Positions 41,801-50,474 of a stretch of DNA of 64,000 nucleotides are shown piece by piece. The notes under the pieces were generated by a model, which was not told the DNA's origin, ran no database searches, and saw only the letters and a program-made list of their open reading frames with translations. Both the position numbers and the translations under genes were made by a program. Positions within the stretch are counted from its first letter, which is position 1, and the number at the start of each line of letters is the position of its first letter. The DNA comes from Sphagnum compactum (Eukaryota), in the NCBI GenBank assembly GCA_965153455.1, contig OZ234493.1:5766001-5830000 (forward strand), given 5' to 3'.

Positions 41801-42213
41801 ACTTTCACTATTTCCAAGTTTTGTTATGTTCATAACTTCATTGTTTTATAGTCATTTCTACATTTATCATTCCACTTAGCTTTTAACCTCTTGTTGTTCA
41901 TTACTCATTGCAAACCCTATTGTAGTTTCAAATATCAAGGAAGTGGTGAAGTTTTTTTTGGTTATTGAATGTTATTGTTATTGATTGTTGATTTTCATGA
42001 TTTGTTGAACACGAAGTTGTTGAGTGTTGAAGGGCTAAGTGCTAAGTTGCTAGCTATTGGATCTTGTATTAATAAGTTGTTGAATATTGATTGTTAAAAT
42101 TGTTAAATTGTTAAGTGATGAATGCTAAGTTGCTAAGTTGATGGATGTTTAGTGTTAAGTTGTTGAATGTTGAGTTCCTAAATGTTGAGTGTTATTTCGT
42201 GTTTAGTTCATAA

Positions 42214-43075
42214 CTTTCTTTCTTTCTTTCTTTCTTTTAATTTAACGTCAATACCCGGACCAGAGAGATCCATTTGACGACAATTACATAGTTGACTTGA
42301 GCAAAACACTCCTGTTGTCTAGGCAAGAAACTAAGTACAAAGCTACCGCTTTCTGATTAGCCGAATGCATCAATTCAGGAAGTAAGCTGCACGGTGTCAA
42401 TTGTTTCCCTAATTGTTGACTAAACTTGCAACGAATGTCATGGTGAGCTGGGCACACTAACAACAAGTGGTCTTCATCCTCAACAGCTCCTAGGGAACAT
42501 AGACGACAAATCCTATCTCTCCTCGGGACATTCTCAGGCTTTGCATGCCTGCCACACTCTACCTCCAAACGATGGTTTGAACATCTGAACCTTGACAAAG
42601 ATTGCCTGAGCTGAACATTTGTGATCACTTGCAAATACCTCTTATGTGCATATGAGTATCCAGATTCTGTTGTACAGCTTGTGTTCATCAGCTGGTATGT
42701 ACGTAATCTGCTACTTTTAGTTCTGGCCTGTTCACCATAAGTAGATTCTAGGTAATAAGCCTGTGCACTTGCTATAGCACACTTGATATTAACATAGAGA
42801 ACCTCAACACCTTGGTATTTAAGCCACAACTGCACGTTCCGGAGCCAACATTGTTGGTTATCATTGAGCATGCTGAGCATCTGGATCTGGGTCTGGTAGG
42901 CACAGTACAACAGACGATCTGCTGTGGGTTTTTGTAGCCTATCATAATACCTGAGAGTTTGTTGCCACCAAAAATATTCTAATGGATACCTTCCAAACTC
43001 CCCCAACACAACAAAAATGCTTGTTGTTTTATTGACCCCTAATATTCCTCTCAGGAACATTCTATGTATAACCAA
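42214..43075 (-). mobile_element. 5'-truncated non-LTR retrotransposon (LINE) 3' end, RTEX-like
   Basis: Uninterrupted post-RT frame HRMFLRGILGV...VLGEFGRYPL...LSRFRCSNHRLEVECGRH...RICRLCSLGAVEDEDHLLLVCP (CCHC), stop at 42284. A short 3' UTR with a hairpin ends GACGTTAAA and is followed by a (GAAA)5 tail. Confidence 0.85.
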
Positions 43076-43203
43076 ATCAGCACATAAGGAACACAACACT
43101 AGTGTTTGATCACTATTTACTTTTTCCACGAGGATCTATTGAGTGTTGAAGTGGTGGTTAGAGGTTTGCTTAAGCCTTTGAAATAATATTCAAATTTTGG
43201 TTG

Positions 43204-43471
43204 TGTCATGGCCTAGGATATTTTGGGATACTTTTGGCAATGTCATGTCCTAGGATATTTTGGGATACTTTTGGCAATATCATGGCCTAGGATATTTTGG
43301 GATACTTTTGGCAATATCATGGCCTAGGATATTTTGAGACTAGTATGGCTCAGGGTTATAAAAGGAGATAGTCTGGGGAACAACCCTTTAGCAGATCAAC
43401 ACCAGTTGATGGATCAATAAAGCTTGTCTTGTCTTGTAATTCTCCACTTGTTTTGTAGTCGGTCCATAACA
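43204..43471 (+). repeat. 5' LTR (268 bp)
   Basis: U3 is ~3.6 copies of a 37-bp unit; TATAAAA at 43357; AATAAA at 43416; identical to the 3' LTR except for one extra T. Confidence 0.97.
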
Positions 43472-43473
43472 GT

Positions 43474-43483
43474 TTGATCTGCT
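43474..43483 (+). promoter_or_regulatory. Self-priming-type primer binding site
   Basis: TTGATCTGCT is the exact reverse complement of AGCAGATCAA (43390-43399) in the LTR. There is no TGG-starting tRNA PBS. Confidence 0.8.
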
Positions 43484-43612
43484 CCTTCTTCTTGTTTGTT
43501 TGTTTTGTTGTTTCAGTAAGTAGCTAGAGGTATATTGGAGTGAAACTTGGAAAGGTTATAGAAGACTATAGGACGCTTCTACTCTCAAAGTTTCAAAAGA
43601 AAAGGATATGTT

Positions 43613-43955
43613 TTGAGAGAGATCCAAGCATCTGAAGTTTCAAGTGCAGATCTGGTTTTTTGGTCATATCTCCTTTGTGTAAGCTTTTCTGGGTCTGTAA
43701 CTTTGTGATCTTATAGATCATATAGGAATATATGTGTGAGAGAAATTTCATGTCATTTGGACTTGTATTGAGAGAGATCCAAGCATCTGAAGTTTCAAGT
43801 GCAGATCTGGTTTTTTGGTCATATCTCCTTTTTGTAAGCTTTTTTGGGTCTGTAACTTTGTGATCTTATAGATCATATAGGAATATATGTGTGAGAGAAA
43901 TTTCATGTCATTTGGACTTGTATTGAGAGAGATCCAAGCATCTGAAGTTTCAAGT
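43613..43955 (+). repeat. 155-bp tandem repeat (2.2 copies) in the retroelement 5' UTR
   Basis: TTGAGAGAGATCCAAGCATCTGAAG... at 43613, 43768 and 43923; copies nearly identical. Confidence 0.9.
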
Positions 43956-43993
43956 TTGAAGATTGAAAGCGCAAAAGTGTGAGAACTATCACC

Positions 43994-44968
43994 ATGGACA
44001 ACTCAAAATCCAACATCGATCTCACTCAAATCCTCGCCGCCCTTCAACACCTTCAACAAGAAAATGCCGTGCTTAGAGACTCGGTGACCCGCCTACAGAA
44101 TCAGCCACCACCTCCTGCCCCAGTACTTCGTGCTCTTGCAATGGCCGCCCAAGAACCCAAGATCAGTCTGCCAAAAAAGTTTGATGGAACGCGCCTCAAA
44201 TTTCGAGGCTTTGTCAGCTAGGTACGCCTGATCATGCAACTACACCCCCGTCGTTATTTTGATGACACCACTCGTGTAGGATTCGTTGGAACCCTACTCA
44301 CTGGGACAGCTGCAGCATGGTTTACTCCCATCCTGGAAACATCATCCCCTCTTCTACAAGATTTCAACGCCTTTATGGCGGAATTTGAAGCAGTATTTGA
44401 GGACAGTGATAAGGCCAGGACTTCAGCCAACAAGCTGTGTCGCCTCCAGCAAGGGACACGTTCGGCCATCGTCTACACTTCAGAATTCAGGCAGCTTGCC
44501 TGTGACGTCAATTGGGGAGAAGCTGCCTTGATTGATCAGTTTCGCTGTGGGCTTCGTGATGATGTTCAAGATCTTTTGTTGACACTCGCAGACCCTTCTT
44601 CCTTCAGTGAAGCCATCACCCAGGCAATTCGGTGCGATAATCGTCTGTTCGAACGTCGCCAGGAAAAGAAAGTCACCTCCAACGCCCAGCTTTGGAACAG
44701 TCGGCCTATTACGCTCCCCTTAGTTCCCCAAACAACACCAGTTGCCCGACCTGCCTCTTTTGGACCAGCTCCGATGCAGATCGACACAGCTAAGTTTAAA
44801 TCTTTGACAGAAGCCGAGAAACTTCGCCAAAGGACAAACAATCTATGTCTTTACTGTGGCAACCCAGGGCATATAGCTCGTCAATGCCCTCAAAAGCTTG
44901 TCAAACTTCAGGTACAAGCTGTGGAAACTCCCCAGGAGTTGGAAAACAAGAACATCCAGTCACAGTAG
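43994..44968 (+). pseudogene. gag: Gag of the chromovirus, with one in-frame TAG at 44219-44221
   Basis: MDNSKS...EPKISLPKKFDGTRLKFRGFVS*VRLIMQLHP...LQQGTRSAIVYTSEF...PAPMQID...CLYCGNPGHIARQC (CCHC). Both listed ORFs (43979, 44234) are in the same frame. Confidence 0.9.
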
Positions 44969-47900
44969 GAGCCGTGCGACTGGATCTCACCCAACACCAC
45001 CTTTGCAAAGGCTCCTGTTCCGCTGTTGGTCCCAGTCCCAGTTTCACTCAGTATGTGGACATCATTCGTATTCCAGATGACATACCACAAGTGTCAGCTT
45101 TGGTGGACTCCGGCGCCACCTCTTCTTTCATCGACCAAACATTTGTCGTCCAACACAACATCCCTGTGGTCAAGAAGTCAACCCCTGTTCCGGTAGAGGT
45201 TATTGATGGGAGAACCATTGCTTCTGGTGCAATCACACACGAGACAACCCCTCTAGAACTCTGTATCGGTAAGCACACGGAGAAGATTGTTCTCAACATC
45301 ATTTCCACCCCTCACCATCCCATCATCCTTGGTCTGCCTTGGCTAGAAGCACACAACCCTATCATTGATTGGCGATCTAGAACCCTCACCTTCAGCGCAC
45401 AACGATGCACCTCTCAAGAACCCCACGCTCAGAAAAACACTTTGTCCAGTCCTGCCAAGAACCCTGTGGTCGAGAACCCAAAGAGGGTCGGAACCAATTC
45501 CAGTTTTATCAAGTCTGTTATGTCAAATCCTGCAGTCAAGAACCCCCGATTGGTCAGAACGAAACCTTGTCTTGTCAAGAATCTTGTCAAAAATTCTGCC
45601 CAAAAAACTAACCCTGTCCAGATCTTCGTTGATAGAGCTGTCCCTTTCTATCGGGCTGCTAAGAATCTTCAAGTCTTCGCCATCCATGTCAACCCAGCCA
45701 ACACCACAAACCCCCAATCGGAACCAACACCTGTCAAACTTCCCAAGAAGTACAAGGACTTTGTTGATGTTTTTGAAAAGATTAATGCTGATAAGCTCCC
45801 CGCCCATAGTCCATATGACTGCCTGATTGATCTAGAAGAAGGACAGTCACCACCCTTTGGTCCTATCTATGGCCTATCGGAACCGGAATTCCAAGCCCTG
45901 CGTGATTACCTTACTGAAAATCTTGCTAAGGGGTTCATTCAGCATTCCAAGTCTCCAGCCGGCGCCCCAATTTTGTTTGTCAAGAAGAAGGATGGCTCCG
46001 TTCGACTTTGTGTGGATTATCGTGGACTCAACAAGATAACCAAAAAGAATCGATATCCTTTGCCCTTGATTTCAGGTCTCCTAGATCGACTACGTACCGG
46101 GAAGATCTTCACCAAGCTTGACCTCCATGGAGCCTACAACTTACTCAGGATTCGCCCTGGTGATGAATGGAAGACAGTTTTCCGCACACACTATGGCCAC
46201 TTCGAATACACGGTCATGCCCTTCGGCCTCACCAATGCACCCGCAGTCTTTCAGCATCTGATGAATGATATCTTCCGGGATTACATGGACGAATTTGTCG
46301 TGGTCTATTTGGATGACATTTTAATCTTTTCCAAGGACCAGGAAACCCACGACAAACATGTACGATTGGTGCTTGCGACGCTGCGGGAGCATGGCTTATA
46401 CGCCAAGTTGGAAAAATGTAAATTCGACAAATCTTCAGTGGCGTTCCTCGGCTACGTGATCTCTCCAGATGGCATTTTCATGGACAAGTCAAAGGTCGAG
46501 ACCATCCAGTGTTGGGCTACTCCATCCTCGGTCAAGGACGTTCAACGCTTCCTAAGGTTTGCCAACTTCTATCGTCGGTTTATCAAAGGCTATTCCAAGA
46601 TCACAACACCGTTAATAACCCTGACTTGCAAAGACAAGCCCTTCTCGTGGAATCCAACGGCCCAGGTTGCTTTTGATACTCTCAAGATGGCATTCATCTC
46701 TGCACCCATCCTGATACATCCCGATCCTACCAAGCCATTCATTGTGGAAACGGACGCTTCAGATTTTGCCTTGGGAGCTATTCTATTTCAATTTGGAATA
46801 GATGGGTTGTTGCATCCAGTTGCTTTCTATTCACGGAAGTTAACCAGTGCCGAAATCAACTACCAGGTCTACGATAAGGAACTCCTGGCAATCATCACGG
46901 CATTCGAGCAGTGGAGACCGTATCTTGCCGGAGCTCAACATCGAGTCCAAGTTCTGACAGATCATAAGAATCTCCTTTATTTCACAACTACTCGGACTTT
47001 AAATCGTCGCCAGGCACGCTGGTCTATCTTCCTAGCTGATTTCGACTTTGAGATTCAGTATCAACCCGGCACCCAGCAAGGGAAAGTTGACGCGCTATCT
47101 CGTCGTTCAGAATATGAACTTCGAGCGGGGGATGAGGCCTACGGCCAGCAGAACCAGACTTTATTCAACCCCAAGCAATTTCGAGTTGCAGCAACAATCA
47201 GCACCCTCCCAGACTCATACCTTGTCAGGGACATCAAGATAGCAACTGAGGAAGACACCTGGGCTACCAACATCAAGAACGAACTCCAGGAACGACCAAG
47301 GAACCCAAATCGTGATGACTTGGATCAATTTGAGCAGCAAGACGGACTTCTTGTTCGAAATAACCTGATTTATGTACCCGAAGGACCTATACGCCTAAAA
47401 ATCCTGAGGGAATGCCACGACAACACCCTGGCAGGTCACTTTGGAATGGCACGGACTCACGAACTAGTGTCAAAGACTTACTGGTGGCCCAAAATGAACA
47501 AGATGCTACGGGAGTATGTCAAGTCTTGTGATACATGTGCTCGATCCAAGGCTCCCAGGCATCACCCGTTTGGACTCCTACAGCCTCTGTCGATTTTTAG
47601 CCAACCTTGGGGATCTATTGCAATGGACTTCATCACGGACCTCCCTACTGTCAGAACCAAGAATTCAATACTGGTTGTGGTCGATCGACTCACCAAAATG
47701 GCCCATTTCACCCCTTGTTCCAAGTTAATCACGGCAGAAGAGACAGCTCAGTTAATTCTGGACGGGATCGTCCGACTGCATGGACTCCCCGAGGAAATTG
47801 TGTCCGACAGAGGTCCTCAGTTTGCATCCAAGTTCTGGCATCGTCTATTCGAGCTTCTTGGAGTTGACATTCGGCTATCTTCAGCTTTCCACCCTGAGAC

Positions 47901-48699
47901 AGATGGACAAACCGAACAGACAAACCAGACACTCGAGCAATACCTTCGCTGCACTGTGAACTACCAACAGGACGACTGGCTGGACCTACTATCTCAAGCA
48001 GAGTTTGCTTATAATAACATAACACATGCATCGACCGGGATCAGTCCATTCTTTGCCAATTACGGTTTTCATCCCAGGTTCAGCCTTGAAATTCCTGGAG
48101 ACTCCGTAAACCCCTCGGCTGAAGAAAGGGCCATGAGGCTTGGACAGGTTCAACAGAACCTTATGGTAGAACTCAAGCTAACACAGGAGTGGCAAAAGAA
48201 GCAAGCAGACCGCCGACGCAAGGACCATCCAAACTTCAAGGTTGGAGACAAGGTCTGGCTTCTCAGAAAGAACATTGCTACCACTCGCCCATGTGCCAAG
48301 TTGGATTACAAGCGCCTCGGACCTTTCAAAATCGCCAAATTGGTTGGTCTAGTGGCTTGCCAGTTGGAGCTTCCACCCCAGTTCAAAATCCACAATGTTT
48401 TCCATGTCTCCCTGCTTGAGCCCAATCATGAAAACCCGATCCCAGAACGTCATCAAGAACCCCCAGCTCCAGTCGAAATTGAAGGCCAAGAAGAGTTTGA
48501 AGTTCAGGAGGTCTTGGACTCCAAGAAGATTCGTGGAAAGTTTCTGTACCTTGTCTTTTGGCGAGGTTATCCTCCTTCTGAAGCTACTTGGGAGCCTGCT
48601 GGAAACCTAGTTCATGCCCAAGACTTAGTTAATCGGTTTCACCAACGATATCCTAACAAACCGGCTCCATCTAGAAGATGTCGCTTGAGGAGAGGATAA
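44941..48699 (+). CDS. pol: Pol polyprotein (aspartic protease, RT, RNase H, integrase, chromodomain) in the -1 frame relative to gag
   Basis: LVDSGAT; LCVDYRGLN, YLDDILI; VETDASD, YDKELLAI, TDHKNL; H-H-C-C zinc finger, IAMDFITDL, VSDRG, GQTE; GPF; FEVQEVLDS..YLVFWRGY..TWEP. The frame is open to the stop at 48697-48699. Confidence 0.95.
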   Translation, partial: GKQEHPVTVGAVRLDLTQHHLCKGSCSAVGPSPSFTQYVDIIRIPDDIPQVSALVDSGATSSFIDQTFVVQHNIPVVKKSTPVPVEVIDGRTIASGAITHETTPLELCIGKHTEKIVLNIISTPHHPIILGLPWLEAHNPIIDWRSRTLTFSAQRCTSQEPHAQKNTLSSPAKNPVVENPKRVGTNSSFIKSVMSNPAVKNPRLVRTKPCLVKNLVKNSAQKTNPVQIFVDRAVPFYRAAKNLQVFAIHVNPANTTNPQSEPTPVKLPKKYKDFVDVFEKINADKLPAHSPYDCLIDLEEGQSPPFGPIYGLSEPEFQALRDYLTENLAKGFIQHSKSPAGAPILFVKKKDGSVRLCVDYRGLNKITKKNRYPLPLISGLLDRLRTGKIFTKLDLHGAYNLLRIRPGDEWKTVFRTHYGHFEYTVMPFGLTNAPAVFQHLMNDIFRDYMDEFVVVYLDDILIFSKDQETHDKHVRLVLATLREHGLYAKLEKCKFDKSSVAFLGYVISPDGIFMDKSKVETIQCWATPSSVKDVQRFLRFANFYRRFIKGYSKITTPLITLTCKDKPFSWNPTAQVAFDTLKMAFISAPILIHPDPTKPFIVETDASDFALGAILFQFGIDGLLHPVAFYSRKLTSAEINYQVYDKELLAIITAFEQWRPYLAGAQHRVQVLTDHKNLLYFTTTRTLNRRQARWSIFLADFDFEIQYQPGTQQGKVDALSRRSEYELRAGDEAYGQQNQTLFNPKQFRVAATISTLPDSYLVRDIKIATEEDTWATNIKNELQERPRNPNRDDLDQFEQQDGLLVRNNLIYVPEGPIRLKILRECHDNTLAGHFGMARTHELVSKTYWWPKMNKMLREYVKSCDTCARSKAPRHHPFGLLQPLSIFSQPWGSIAMDFITDLPTVRTKNSILVVVDRLTKMAHFTPCSKLITAEETAQLILDGIVRLHGLPEEIVSDRGPQFASKFWHRLFELLGVDIRLSSAFHPETDGQTEQTNQTLEQYLRCTVNYQQDDWLDLLSQAEFAYNNITHASTGISPFFANYGFHPRFSLEIPGDSVNPSAEERAMRLGQVQQNLMVELKLTQEWQKKQADRRRKDHPNFKVGDKVWLLRKNIATTRPCAKLDYKRLGPFKIAKLVGLVACQLELPPQFKIHNVFHVSLLEPNHENPIPERHQEPPAPVEIEGQEEFEVQEVLDSKKIRGKFLYLVFWRGYPPSEATWEPAGNLVHAQDLVNRFHQRYPNKPAPSRRCRLRRG

Positions 48700-48966
48700 T
48701 GTCATGGCCTAGGATATTTTGGGATACTTTTGGCAATGTCATGTCCTAGGATATTTTGGGATACTTTTGGCAATATCATGGCCTAGGATATTTTGGGATA
48801 CTTTTGGCAATATCATGGCCTAGGATATTTTGAGACTAGTATGGCTCAGGGTTATAAAAGGAGATAGTCTGGGGAACAACCCTTTAGCAGATCAACACCA
48901 GTTGATGGATCAATAAAGCTTGTCTTGTCTTGTAATTCTCCACTTGTTTGTAGTCGGTCCATAACA
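48700..48966 (+). repeat. 3' LTR (267 bp)
   Basis: Direct repeat of 43204-43471. Confidence 0.97.
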
Positions 48967-50278
48967 GGTTGGGTGCTATAATATCAAGGAGTGACTTCTC
49001 AATGCAAGTTATTCATTTGCAACTAAGCTGAATTTTGCAAGTAAACCAAATGTTGTAAGTTTGCCAACTTAATTTAGATCATTTTGTAATTTTGCTTGTC
49101 TTAACAACATCCGGTATTCCCCATGCATATTTCAAGTTTCTAAAATTTTCACCCTTTTGGCCATTCTTTCTCTCTCTCTCAAAATTGCAGTTCCTTTTCA
49201 ATCAAGTTCTTAATGTGCTTGAGGTTGTAGGTGAAGTAAGAATTTAAATTGGAGTTCACTTTCTTTTGAGATATTTTTGTTGTCGACATGTATTCAAATT
49301 CTTTGCAATGGAGGAGACTTGGGATCAAGGGGATGTTTTTGTTCAATATGTTGTTTTGGGAACAATTTCTCACCTTTAAAGAGGGAAAGATACTTTGCTG
49401 AAAAGATTGGAATCAGACTTTTTTTTTTTTTTTTTTCACTCTATCATTTCCACAAATAAATGTGTCTAATTGTTATCTAATTGTATGTATGTATGCCCAA
49501 GTAGCAGAAGCAGCCTTGTCGGGCACACCATTTCCTCCACAACAACACAGAAAATGTTCAATTCGCAAAGACTTTTCATTGTTGTGGGTCCACAAACCTT
49601 GGGATGGTTTTTGCAAACCTTGAGATGGTTTTTGTTGAAGAAATGATGGCAACCCACCAACTTGAGTCTTGTTCTCCTCAACAACCATGCACCTTGTCAA
49701 ATTGCATAATATGGTGGACCCTGGACTTTGATGGATTTTTGTAAAGAACTATACCCTAGTACCTTGGCTTGTTAGGTGGCTTGTTAGGTACTAATTAATT
49801 CTTTTTAGAAATGCCAAAAATTCTGAAAATTCTGTGCCTGCCATGCCAAAAATCTGAATGAAGCTCTCAAGCAGAATAGCTTCAATTTGTAGTATAATGT
49901 CAAATTGTATATTATTTTTATTTTCAAATAATAATAATTATAATAATAATAATTAATCCCAATATACATTTTCAAAACTGAACTCATTCTCACCATTGGA
50001 TCTTGGGGGTATGTCTTGTCAGTGGACCATAAAATTAGTGAACCTCTCAACAGAGAGTTGAAGAATTCATCAAACTTGCATATCATTTGGTACAGAGACA
50101 GTTTTGTACAACACATGTTTTGAAGAATAATTAATTTCATTTTGAAGATTTCCAAATTTCATGTCCCAAAAAATATCAATTTCCCAAATAATTCCCTATT
50201 TTATTTTACAAATAAAAAATTCCTAGGCAAAAAAAAATTGTTGAAAATTTCAACATTTCTACAAATAATATTACTTAT

Positions 50279-50474
50279 GGTGCATTCACACTTGATGTTA
50301 AGTCACTGTTAAATATATATAGGTGGCACCCAATGTTAAATGGTCGATAGCTTAATGTTTTAAGTGAACGTTAACTTAACATAAAATGTTCAAAGTAAGT
50401 AGGTGTAAGTCCTAAATGACTAGTATGGTGTTAGGGGACTCAACACTAGAGTCCCTAACACCAAGTGTGGGTGT
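50279..50474. mobile_element. Degenerate MITE (PIF/Harbinger-like)
   Basis: GGTGCATTCACACTTGATGTTAAG ... CCTAACACCAAGTGTGGGTG imperfect TIRs; internal palindrome GGTGTTAGGGGACTC/GAGTCCCTAACACC. Related sequence lies at ~54170-54576. Confidence 0.5.

Larger units (their letters stand above)
43204..48966 (+). mobile_element. Full-length young Ty3/Gypsy chromovirus (Tcn1/Tf1-like)
   Basis: TG...CA LTRs at 43204-43471 and 48700-48966; TSD GGTTG at 43199-43203 and 48967-48971; domain order gag, PR-RT-RH-IN-chromo; PPT GAGGAGAGGATAA at 48687-48699. Confidence 0.97.

Noticed and set aside
43204-43340. 37-bp repeats as a CRISPR array
   Set aside because: Head-to-tail with no spacers, and part of the LTR U3.
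44219-44221. Programmed stop-codon readthrough within gag
   Set aside because: It is mid-capsid, where Gln (CAG) fits; a C>T mutation is the simpler explanation.
44254-48610. Alternative-frame and antisense ORFs within gag-pol
   Set aside because: Shadows of the GC-richer coding sequence with no independent features.
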